A stretch of DNA of 64,000 nucleotides from assembly GCA_964450805.1 (NCBI GenBank), contig CAYVDD010000001.1:393288-457287 (forward strand), given 5' to 3'. Of this stretch, positions 38,776 through 46,688 are shown piece by piece; position 1 is the first letter of the stretch, and the number at the start of each line of letters is the position of its first letter. Below the pieces are notes generated by a model. That model worked only from the letters and a program-made list of their open reading frames with translations, did not search any database and had not been told where the DNA came from. A program made the translations under genes and the position numbers. The DNA is from an uncultured Candidatus Saccharibacteria bacterium. GTDB taxonomy: Bacteria > Patescibacteriota > Minisyncoccia > Minisyncoccales > JANBVM01.

Positions 38776-39801
38776 TTAACTAACCAAACCATCCTTTTTT
38801 CTTTCCTGTAGAAAATCTCTTAAAAACTCGTAAATTATGCTTGTTAAAGGAATTGCTAAAATTGCTCCTAAGGACCCTGCTAATCTTCCACCAACAAGTA
38901 CAGCTATTAAAACTAAAATAGCAGGTAATCCAACCAATTTTCTGGTTAAAATTGGAGTGATAATGTTTCCTTCTATTTGCTGAATTAAAACAAAAGCCAG
39001 CAAAACAAACAGGGCTTTAAACCAGGAATCCAGAGCAGCTAAAATAGTTATTATTGTGCCTGCAAAAATAGGGCCAAGTACTGGAATAATATCCATTATT
39101 CCTGCAAACAAACTCAGTATTGAGGCATAATTTACATTTAAAATATTTAAGGTGATGTATGAAACCAATCCAACAAATAAACTGCTTAAAATCCTTGTTC
39201 CAAACCAAGCAGCAGTTTTATTCTGGCATCTCTGCCATAAATCCTGAAAATATTCTTCACTTTTTTTAGGAGCAATGACTTCAATTGCTTTTTTAACCTC
39301 CTTTTCTTCTATTGAAAAAAATATGGCAATAGCAAAAATAGTAACTGTTGAAAAGATTCCTCCAAAAATAGCGATTAAAATCCCGAAAATACTTGAAGAT
39401 GCTTGTATCAACCAGTCCTGCAGGGCCAAGGTAAAGGTTTCAAAACTCTCAAAAGCCTCTAATCCTAATCCTCTTAGAGGAGGTGATAGTTTTCCGAAAT
39501 ACTGAGGAAATAACTGGGCAAACTGCTGTATTTCAAACACAAAAACAGGCACTGTCCAGTATAGAATAAAGCTCAGCAGTGCAAACACACTAACATAAAC
39601 AAAAAGTGTAGCTATAACCCTAGGGATTTTCTTTTTTTCTAAAAAGTCGATTACTGGATTGAATAATATGGAAATAACCAAAGCAAAAATAACTGAGACT
39701 AAAATATCCCTTATTGAATAAAGAGTGTAAAAAACCAAAATAGCAATGCTAATCTTAAGAATTGTTCCCCAGGATATATCTAAAACTCTTTCCTCATCCA
39801 T
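38776..39801 (-). CDS. AI-2E (PerM/UPF0118) family transporter
   Basis: 341-aa polytopic membrane protein with the characteristic C-terminal IIPVLGPIFAG...LIQQIEGNIITP pattern. Confidence 0.75.
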   Translation of the reverse strand: MDEERVLDISWGTILKISIAILVFYTLYSIRDILVSVIFALVISILFNPVIDFLEKKKIPRVIATLFVYVSVFALLSFILYWTVPVFVFEIQQFAQLFPQYFGKLSPPLRGLGLEAFESFETFTLALQDWLIQASSSIFGILIAIFGGIFSTVTIFAIAIFFSIEEKEVKKAIEVIAPKKSEEYFQDLWQRCQNKTAAWFGTRILSSLFVGLVSYITLNILNVNYASILSLFAGIMDIIPVLGPIFAGTIITILAALDSWFKALFVLLAFVLIQQIEGNIITPILTRKLVGLPAILVLIAVLVGGRLAGSLGAILAIPLTSIIYEFLRDFLQERKKDGLVS

Positions 39802-39809
39802 AATTTAAA

Positions 39810-41081
39810 TTAAAATTTTAATATTTTTTTAAATTTCTCTTTATCTTTAAACGGACCAATCAAAGCTAAATTCAATTTCTGGGGCTGAAAAATATCTTTA
39901 GCCACTTTTAAAATATCGTTTGAGTTGACTTTATCAACTTTTTTAAAAATCTCTTTTAAAGTAAGAATCTTTCCCTCTAAGAGCTCTTGATTGGCGAAAA
40001 AAGAAGCCAGAGCATCAGAAGATTCCAATAGAAGCGCTGTTTTTCCTTTGATATAGTCCTTGGCTTTTTTTAATTCCAAGACGGGAACTTTTTGTTTTGA
40101 AATTTTCTTGTATTCTTCTAAAACTGCTGAAATTACTGTTTCTACTTTTCTATTATCAACTCCAACCTGAGTAACTAAATAACCAGAATCAGGGTTTGGT
40201 TCAGAAACGGTGCTGATGTAATAAGCTGCACCCAATCTTTCTCTTATTTTAACAAATAAACGAGAACTCATCATTCCTCCTAAAATAACAGCTAATAGTT
40301 TTTGAGCATGTCTTTGAGCATGAAATAGATTATATGCTCTTACCCCTAGACACAAATGGGTCTGGTCAGTTTTTCTTGTCTGGATAATTATTTCAGGAGC
40401 AGATTGTCTTTCAATAACTGATTGTTTTTTCGTTGGTTCATCTTCTTTTATTTTTGAAAAGTATTTTTTAATTTTTTTAGTCGATAAACCACTATCAATA
40501 TTTCCAGTAACACAAATTATTGTATTTGACGCTACATACTGACTGCTCATATAACTAATCAACTTCTTTCTTGTCATCTTAGAAACGTTCTCTTTTGTTC
40601 CAATAACATCCCAACCAGCAGGCTGATCACCATATAAGAGTTTAGACCAGAGCACATGAACATAAGTCATTGGGTGATCCAAGCGCATATTAATCTCTTC
40701 AGTAATCACTCCTTTCTCTTTTTGAATTTCTTTGTCAGTTAATGTTGAATTTAAAAAAATATCAGAGACCCAATCCAGAGCTGTTTCAAATTCTGTTGCA
40801 ATTGTTTTTGCATAATAACCAGTATACTCTTCAGAAGTAAAAGCATTATATATCCCACCAATTTTATCCAGTGTTTCAGCAATGTCCATTGTTGAAGGTC
40901 TTTTTTTTGTTCCTTTAAAATACATGTGCTCTAAGAAATGAGAAATGCCGTTAACATCTTTTTTCTCGTATTTAGAACCAGTCTTTACTAAAACTAAAAC
41001 TGTGACAGCCTGGGTGCTTTTTTGAGGAACAGCAATAATCCTCAGTCCATTTTTAAGAATTGTTTTTTTAAATATAGCCAT
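39810..41081 (-). CDS. M16-family (insulinase/pitrilysin-like) zinc peptidase
   Basis: Inverted zinc motif HFLEHMYFKG. The likely start is the ATG at 41081 (MAIFKKTILKNGLRI); the track start is 41099. Confidence 0.85.
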   Translation of the reverse strand: MAIFKKTILKNGLRIIAVPQKSTQAVTVLVLVKTGSKYEKKDVNGISHFLEHMYFKGTKKRPSTMDIAETLDKIGGIYNAFTSEEYTGYYAKTIATEFETALDWVSDIFLNSTLTDKEIQKEKGVITEEINMRLDHPMTYVHVLWSKLLYGDQPAGWDVIGTKENVSKMTRKKLISYMSSQYVASNTIICVTGNIDSGLSTKKIKKYFSKIKEDEPTKKQSVIERQSAPEIIIQTRKTDQTHLCLGVRAYNLFHAQRHAQKLLAVILGGMMSSRLFVKIRERLGAAYYISTVSEPNPDSGYLVTQVGVDNRKVETVISAVLEEYKKISKQKVPVLELKKAKDYIKGKTALLLESSDALASFFANQELLEGKILTLKEIFKKVDKVNSNDILKVAKDIFQPQKLNLALIGPFKDKEKFKKILKF

Positions 41082-41101
41082 ATACTTACATTCTATCAAA
41101 A

Positions 41102-41120
41102 AATCGCTTATTAAGCGATT
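41102..41120 (-). terminator. intrinsic terminator ending the lipoprotein operon
   Basis: 8-bp stem AATCGCTT (41102-41109) / AAGCGATT (41113-41120), with T-runs on both strands. Confidence 0.6.
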
Positions 41121-41144
41121 TTTTTATTCGACCAAGGATAAACA

Positions 41145-42245
41145 CTATTCTTCCCAAGAAAAAATAATAATGTTTTGTGCTCCCTCTATTACCTTCTTGA
41201 CAGCTACTATTTTACTGCCAGTCCTATCCCAGACAGGATCCAAGTAATAACACTCGGGAATACCAAGAATATTCCTGGGGACAGCGAACGTGTGCCTAAT
41301 ATTGGTGCCGTCAGAGTTTATGATTCCTATATCCGGAATTTCCACTTCCTGAAGAGGAGATTCTGCGAATAAAATCTCGTTATCCTTATTCCATGCCCTC
41401 TGGAATATCCACTGGTAAGTACCGGTTGGCGCATGTATTCTGTGCTTATTGGAACCGTTACTGTTCATAACCCATATCTCATTCGGCGCTTTTGGCAATT
41501 TATCAATGCTGGCATCCCATATAGGACCCTTGGTGTAAACGATTTCTGAGCCGTCATAACTGAAAGATGCAAAACTGCACTCTCCATCCGCAGAAGCGGT
41601 AAGCCGGGTTTTAGCGCTTCCGTTAGAATTCATTGTCCAAATAGATGGGTTTTCGGTCCCATAGTGGGTATATACGATTTTTGTACCGTCCGGACTCCAC
41701 GCAGGCTGACCATTGAGGTATTCGCTCGTCAACTTGCTGATATTCCCGCCATCGGAACTCATGGTGTAAATCTGCCCATTCAATTCATAAGCTATCTTAT
41801 CTCCTAAGGGACTCCAGGACGGATCAAATCCTGAGCCGATATTTTTAAGCCCGCTCCCGTCAGCATTAATTACATATAGTGTTCTTGTCCCCCCTTGCAT
41901 AACGCAAAAGACAATTCGGCTTCCGTCAGGACTCCAGTCCGGATCAATGGCATTATCCAAAGAAGTAACCTGTATCGGAATTAAAACAGATTCTTTATTT
42001 TCTTCTGATCCCCCATTTTCTGGGACCTCTTCTTTTTCCGGACTTATTCCTTCTTCCTCTTCTGAAATTCCATTATTTCCGCCTGCCTCCTCTTGAACTA
42101 CGGGAGTTTCCTCTCCAAAAACCTGATCTAAAATACCATCTTCATCTAAACCTCCTTTCTCAGACGGTAATTCTCCACATCCTGCCCCAATCAAAGCTAA
42201 AATCGCCAAAAGCAGATAAGGAATAATAATGGTTTTTTTGGCCAT
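41145..42245 (-). CDS. lipoprotein with TolB-like PD40 beta-propeller repeats
   Basis: Signal peptide plus lipobox MAKKTIIIPYLLLAILALIGAGCG, then an acidic linker. Repeats are DPDWSPDGSRIVF, DPSWSPLGDKIAY, QPAWSPDGTKIVY and FSYDGSEIVY. Confidence 0.8.
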   Translation of the reverse strand: MAKKTIIIPYLLLAILALIGAGCGELPSEKGGLDEDGILDQVFGEETPVVQEEAGGNNGISEEEEGISPEKEEVPENGGSEENKESVLIPIQVTSLDNAIDPDWSPDGSRIVFCVMQGGTRTLYVINADGSGLKNIGSGFDPSWSPLGDKIAYELNGQIYTMSSDGGNISKLTSEYLNGQPAWSPDGTKIVYTHYGTENPSIWTMNSNGSAKTRLTASADGECSFASFSYDGSEIVYTKGPIWDASIDKLPKAPNEIWVMNSNGSNKHRIHAPTGTYQWIFQRAWNKDNEILFAESPLQEVEIPDIGIINSDGTNIRHTFAVPRNILGIPECYYLDPVWDRTGSKIVAVKKVIEGAQNIIIFSWEE

Positions 42246-42271
42246 TAAATTTTTAATCAGTAATTTAATTA

Positions 42272-43483
42272 TTACAATTTTTCCTTGAACCAGGTTTTAA
42301 TTTCAGTCAAGCTCTGGGTTCCTATCAGTCCTCTATCTAAATCAGGCGGCGGGTCAAGGGCAAAAAACCCCTGAACTTTTCCTTGCCCTTCTTCAAAAAC
42401 AATCCTGTGGGCCAGCATCTTTTCCTCCTCAGTAAAGCTTAAAGCGCCTCCCCAGGCACCAAATTCAGTAAACATTATTTCTGGGACGCCATCCCTCTGG
42501 GCCCAGCTCTGCATATTTTCCAATATTACCTGCACGGCTGAACGGTATTCGGTCAAAGAATTTGGCCCTCCCCCGGGAGTGGGGTCAGCCCCGATAATGT
42601 CGTATCCCGAATAATCAACCTGCGCGTTTTCAGCTATGGCATAAGCGCTTTTGAAAAGAATCTTGCCTGAGTAATTGGCTGTCACGATGGGCAAAATCTG
42701 CCTGCTCCACGTGTCAGCTCCCGCCACTCCCAATTTCAAATCAGGCTCATTCATGGGCGAGAATATATCCAATTTATACTTTTCAGCCAGCGCTACCAGC
42801 TGCCCCACCAGGGTATTGTAGTCATCAAAAAATCCCGGTGTTTCAGCAGCATTCTCGGGAAAAGGAGGAGGTCCGCCAGCAGGCACTCCCTGACCAAAAC
42901 TCTCCACATACATGATTTCAAGAACCAAGCCCATTCTGATGCCTGCTGTATAGTATGTTTGAGCCATTTGTGCCAACCTGCCTTCAAAAGACAATAAATT
43001 GCTGTAAGGATTCCCCAAGAACACCTCCCCGTCAGTGTTTATCTCTATTGTTGGTCCGAAAAGTACGATATTGGCCCCGGCATCTGCCAAAGCAGCAGTA
43101 CCAGACATTGACTGCATGTTATCTGACATGAAAAGAGTCGGCATCCAAAACCCTTTGTACATGGAAACTGTTCCAGAAGGCGGCTGAGGAATTGTCTCTT
43201 CTTCTTCCGGAATATTGTCTTCCTCATCTTCGGCAGAAGGCGTGGCTTCAGACGAATCTTCTTCTGACGGCTGGGAAGCACTTTCTTCTTCTCCGCCGTT
43301 CAAATCCTCATCTTGGACAACCGCCTCTTCTTCACCGTCCAAGCCTTCATCTGAAGCAATTTCCTCGCCATCCCCTCCGGAAAGAGGTGCGCCTTCCTCA
43401 GCTACTTTCTTTCCGCAGCCCGCCCCAAACAAAATTAAACTTGCCAAAAGCAGAATCGGCAAAGCATGTTTTAATTTAAGCAT
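42272..43483 (-). CDS. lipoprotein with GH5-like glycoside hydrolase domain
   Basis: The likely start is the ATG at 43483, giving MLKLKHALPILLLASLILFGAGCG. A long Asp/Glu/Ser-rich linker follows. Catalytic-Glu contexts are SPMNEPDL and MFTEFGAWGG. Confidence 0.65.
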   Translation of the reverse strand: MLKLKHALPILLLASLILFGAGCGKKVAEEGAPLSGGDGEEIASDEGLDGEEEAVVQDEDLNGGEEESASQPSEEDSSEATPSAEDEEDNIPEEEETIPQPPSGTVSMYKGFWMPTLFMSDNMQSMSGTAALADAGANIVLFGPTIEINTDGEVFLGNPYSNLLSFEGRLAQMAQTYYTAGIRMGLVLEIMYVESFGQGVPAGGPPPFPENAAETPGFFDDYNTLVGQLVALAEKYKLDIFSPMNEPDLKLGVAGADTWSRQILPIVTANYSGKILFKSAYAIAENAQVDYSGYDIIGADPTPGGGPNSLTEYRSAVQVILENMQSWAQRDGVPEIMFTEFGAWGGALSFTEEEKMLAHRIVFEEGQGKVQGFFALDPPPDLDRGLIGTQSLTEIKTWFKEKL

Positions 43484-43578
43484 GATAAAATTTGATAAAT
43501 TTGTTTCCGGCAATGGATTTTATTCCACTGCCGGGTTTCGACTTTTTAAATAATTCATTCCTGTAATATTTTATAAGC

Positions 43579-44133
43579 TCAATCCGTATAATAAAGAATG
43601 CCTATCCAGGTGCGCTGCAATGCTGCATCCGACATTATGTTCACTTCTAGATATTCTGTGGCGGTTATAGAATAAAGGTTTATTTCCTCCCCTGTTCCCG
43701 GAGCCTCCTGCCAGCTCCTCTGCGCCCTGTACCAGTTCAAGACCGTGTCAAAATCGTCTGTGGTTTTGTAGTTGATTTCAGCTGAAAAAGACACGGGCAT
43801 ATCTTCCCAGGCAGGCGAACGATACTTGTACATGACTGATCCAGGATATCTCGTCATGGGCTCCATTCCCGAAGCCTGGTCTGAACCAGGCATCCAATCT
43901 TCCTCTCCTTCCTCCTCTTCCTCTCCTTCCCCTGGAACCAATCCCGCGCTAACGCATTTGTTGTTCTTGCACGCATAACCAGCAGGGCAATCCTTTATTT
44001 CGTACTGCCCGTCAGCGCAGCACTCAAACGGACAATCCGGCAAAGTTGCTCCCTGCTGGCCGCAGCCCGCCCCAATCAAAACCAGAATGCCCAACACCAA
44101 GACCGGAATAACAAATTTGTGCTTGTTGTGCAT
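43579..44133 (-). CDS. lipoprotein, Cys-rich N-module + unknown domain
   Basis: MHNKHKFVIPVLVLGILVLIGAGCG, then CPFECCADGQYEIKDCPAGYACKNNKC, then the poly-Glu linker GEGEEEEEGEED. Confidence 0.7.
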   Translation of the reverse strand: MHNKHKFVIPVLVLGILVLIGAGCGQQGATLPDCPFECCADGQYEIKDCPAGYACKNNKCVSAGLVPGEGEEEEEGEEDWMPGSDQASGMEPMTRYPGSVMYKYRSPAWEDMPVSFSAEINYKTTDDFDTVLNWYRAQRSWQEAPGTGEEINLYSITATEYLEVNIMSDAALQRTWIGILYYTD

Positions 44134-44154
44134 GATAATTTAATTGATTATTGA

Positions 44155-44814
44155 TTAAAACCCGAAAGGTATGTCCATTATCTGAACGCCTGCCGGCAAT
44201 TCAAACATGCTGTCAGCAATATCGCCCACTTGTATGTTGCGCAGTTCAGTGACAATGGATTCTCCTGTGTGAGAGGTAAGCTCTGTCTTGATGGGAATTC
44301 CCCTGCTTGTCCAGAGCCACCATTTAATGACATCTCCCTGGTCAGAAGTGCCCTGCACTACCAAACAGGTTTTGCCGTCCCAAACTTCAGTACCCAATAC
44401 AACTGGATTCTGGTCTGGAATTCCTTGCGTTGCTTCGCTAGGCGACTCTCCCACCGCTCCCCTGGCTGTGGCAAAGCTTTGTTTCATGGCCATGTTTTGA
44501 GACGGCATATAAATATAGGCGGTCTGCTGGGCTGTGTTGAGAATGTAAATCACGTTTTGGCCCTCAACGCTTCCTTCCCAACGCATATTGGCGCCCTCTA
44601 CCCACATCGTGGATTCCATGGTTTGCTGGTTGCTCTGGGTTATAACCATGTCAAAATTATAGCCCCCGATACGCTCGGCATTGGCCAAAACCTCATCTAA
44701 GCTCATTTCCTCTCCGGCAGGCGTGCCGTCGCTAGTTTTATCACCGCAGCCAGCTCCAACCAGAGCTAAAACTGCCAAAAGTGAAATTGGGATGAAAATT
44801 AATTTCTTATTCAT
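44155..44814 (-). CDS. lipoprotein (LolA/DUF4367-like fold suspected)
   Basis: MNKKLIFIPISLLAVLALVGAGCG. The fold guess rests only on the beta-rich MWVEGANMRWEGSVEGQNVIYILNTAQQTAYIYMP pattern. Confidence 0.65.
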   Translation of the reverse strand: MNKKLIFIPISLLAVLALVGAGCGDKTSDGTPAGEEMSLDEVLANAERIGGYNFDMVITQSNQQTMESTMWVEGANMRWEGSVEGQNVIYILNTAQQTAYIYMPSQNMAMKQSFATARGAVGESPSEATQGIPDQNPVVLGTEVWDGKTCLVVQGTSDQGDVIKWWLWTSRGIPIKTELTSHTGESIVTELRNIQVGDIADSMFELPAGVQIMDIPFGF

Positions 44815-44864
44815 GAATTATTTTTTAATTTTTAATTTGAACTATTCCCGACCTTTGCTTTATT

Positions 44865-45569
44865 TTATTCATCACAATGCTTTATCATTGCTCTTCCTGT
44901 TATTATAACAACCATGACTGCCAAAGATAACCACTGGGCTGTGGAAAACATAAGATAGTGCGGGTCTGACAAGGGAGTGTCCGCAGAACGGGTGAAATCC
45001 AGAAAAAAGCGGGAAAAAGAATATAAGAACAAAAAAGCCTGGAAAAGCTGGCCGGGCTTACTTAAACGGGTCTGCAAATGCCTGATGATGAAAAACAAAA
45101 CAAGAGCGCTGATTATCAAATACAAAGCCACTGGGTGACGGACAGTTCCGTCAGGCCAGACTATTCCCCAAGGCAGAGAAGTCTCAGCTCCCTGATGGTC
45201 GTTTATCAAAAAGCAGCCAATCCTGCCCAGAGCAATGGAAACAGGGACAATCAAAGCTGCTGTGTCGGCAATCGGAAAGAACAAATGAAGATTTCCACTT
45301 AATTTCAAACACAGGAATCCGGCAATTAAAACTCCAAACAATCCTCCGAAAGAACTCAATCCTCCCTGGCCCAGCAACATGCTTCCTGCAGCCCCGCCCA
45401 GAAACAGCCAAATGAATAAATTATGGACAATCCCGACATCAACCCCTTTTTCAGGAGCCTTTCTCAGCATGAAAACATAGGCGATTAAAATCCCTGCAGC
45501 AACACAAAGCCCCCAGACCTGAAGATTAATTGAACCTATTGCGATTTCACTGAACGAAAAATAAGGCAT
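44865..45569 (-). CDS. lgt: prolipoprotein diacylglyceryl transferase
   Basis: Motifs ALGRIGCFLINDHQG, RHPVALYLIISA and YSFSRFFLDFTR match Lgt signature regions. It overlaps lspA by 34 nt. Confidence 0.8.
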   Translation of the reverse strand: MPYFSFSEIAIGSINLQVWGLCVAAGILIAYVFMLRKAPEKGVDVGIVHNLFIWLFLGGAAGSMLLGQGGLSSFGGLFGVLIAGFLCLKLSGNLHLFFPIADTAALIVPVSIALGRIGCFLINDHQGAETSLPWGIVWPDGTVRHPVALYLIISALVLFFIIRHLQTRLSKPGQLFQAFLFLYSFSRFFLDFTRSADTPLSDPHYLMFSTAQWLSLAVMVVIITGRAMIKHCDE

Positions 45570-45937
45570 AAGATTCCTCCAATTATCATTATATCAGCGA
45601 TGTTGAAAATGGATATCGGCAGAAAAGCAACTCTTATCCAATCAATAACATAGCCAAAATAAATCCTGTCAAAAAGATTGCTCAATCCTCCAAAAACAAT
45701 CAAAGAAAACCCAGTCATTAAAACAATGTCCTTTTTCTGCAAGCTTTTGAAAAACAAAAAAACAAGCAATAATAATACTGCTCCAATTAAAAAATAAAGC
45801 AGGTTGGAATTTAAGGAAACAAAATACAGCTTGGGATTTTTAAAAAGTAGAGCTGAATCTAATGCCAGCCGTTTTGTCAATCTGTCCAAAATCATCAAGC
45901 CAGAATTAAAAAATATTAAAATGAGCAGAGTGTTCAT
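45536..45937 (-). CDS. lspA: lipoprotein signal peptidase II
   Basis: Motifs GGLSNLFDR, VIDWI and FNIADIMI are the conserved LspA Asn/Asp boxes. Confidence 0.8.
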   Translation of the reverse strand: MNTLLILIFFNSGLMILDRLTKRLALDSALLFKNPKLYFVSLNSNLLYFLIGAVLLLLVFLFFKSLQKKDIVLMTGFSLIVFGGLSNLFDRIYFGYVIDWIRVAFLPISIFNIADIMIIGGILCLIFRSVKSQ

Positions 45938-46010
45938 AAAAATTTATCTTTTATTTTATCATTGGCTGAAAAGAAACCAAAGAATTTTTAAAAAGAATCT
46001 AATAAAAGTA

Positions 46011-46150
46011 AAAAACCGCCCTTAAGGCGATTCTTTGTTAAAAGTTACAAGCTCCCCTTATTGGACGCGTTCAGAACCGTTGATTGGGGAAAGATTAAGG
46101 AAAACCTTAAGGACTTGGAACCTATTTTGGCTGGATTTTGAATAAAAAAA
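46011..46150. repeat. intergenic repeat, copy 1 (hairpin + GCTCCCC + Y-type core)
   Basis: GC hairpin CGCC/GGCG (46017-46029) with T6 on the minus strand. GCTCCCC is at 46051-46057. A 22-nt run at 46060-46081 is identical to 58383-58404. The similarity continues to about 46146. Confidence 0.8.
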
Positions 46151-46158
46151 GATGGTGA

Positions 46159-46311
46159 CTAAAAACCAATCTGGATTCTGCTGTCGTACTCTTCCCTGTT
46201 TGTCTTACTATCCTGAGCTGTAAAATTGGTAATTATATCTTTAGCCATTTCCGGCTTGGCAAAATCAAGTTTGATATAATCTTCTTTTTTCAATTTACTA
46301 TTTCTATTCAT
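46159..46311 (-). CDS. small hypothetical protein (50 aa)
   Basis: ATG at 46309-46311 with only a weak SD (GGAAAG). The product is MNRNSKLKKEDYIKLDFAKPEMAKDIITNFTAQDSKTNREEYDSRIQIGF. It is not in the track because it is under 60 aa. Confidence 0.3.
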   Translation of the reverse strand: MNRNSKLKKEDYIKLDFAKPEMAKDIITNFTAQDSKTNREEYDSRIQIGF

Positions 46312-46328
46312 ACTTTCCAAATAAAAAA

Positions 46329-46346
46329 AGGTAATGATTATTACCT
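46329..46346 (-). terminator. intrinsic terminator ending the radical-SAM operon
   Basis: 7-bp stem AGGTAAT (46329-46335) / ATTACCT (46340-46346) with a 4-nt loop. The minus strand continues with T8. Confidence 0.6.
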
Positions 46347-46366
46347 TTATTCAAGTATTTATTATT

Positions 46367-46534
46367 TTAAAAAATACCTTTATCGCATTTTTCTATTCTT
46401 CCAAAACAGTAAGTACGCTCTTTGCTCTTGGCACGACAAGTATAATGAAATTTTCTATATCTATTAGAAAAGAAAATATAGAAATGTGGACATAAGTCCA
46501 TATCTGCACCCTTATCCTGAATTTTATATACCAA
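46367..46534 (-). CDS. small Cys-rich ORF (44-55 aa; start uncertain)
   Basis: The frame is open from 46713 down to the TAA at 46367-46369, with no ATG/GTG/TTG until the TTG at 46532-46534. That TTG is preceded by GAGGAG with a 9-nt spacer. An ATG lies at 46499-46501. The C-terminus is MDLCPHFYIFFSNRYRKFHYTCRAKSKERTYCFGRIEKCDKGIF (4 Cys). Confidence 0.4.
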   Translation of the reverse strand: MVYKIQDKGADMDLCPHFYIFFSNRYRKFHYTCRAKSKERTYCFGRIEKCDKGIF

Positions 46535-46688
46535 ATATAATTGCTCCTCAGCCGAGAGAAAACTTAAAGATTCTTTAAAAATATTGATCTGTATTAAAAT
46601 TTCATCTAATCTTTTCCACCTTTCATTTACATTAGATAAATTCCTTAATTCTATTATGTGACCTCTAGCTTTTATCTCCTTAAATAAC

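Noticed and set aside
43192-44908. Long + strand ORFs (95, 112, 68, 156, 70 and 75 aa) inside the lipoprotein block
   Set aside because: They are antisense to well-supported lipoprotein genes. Stop codons are depleted there simply because the region is GC-richer. The products are Ser/Pro/Leu-rich with no motifs.
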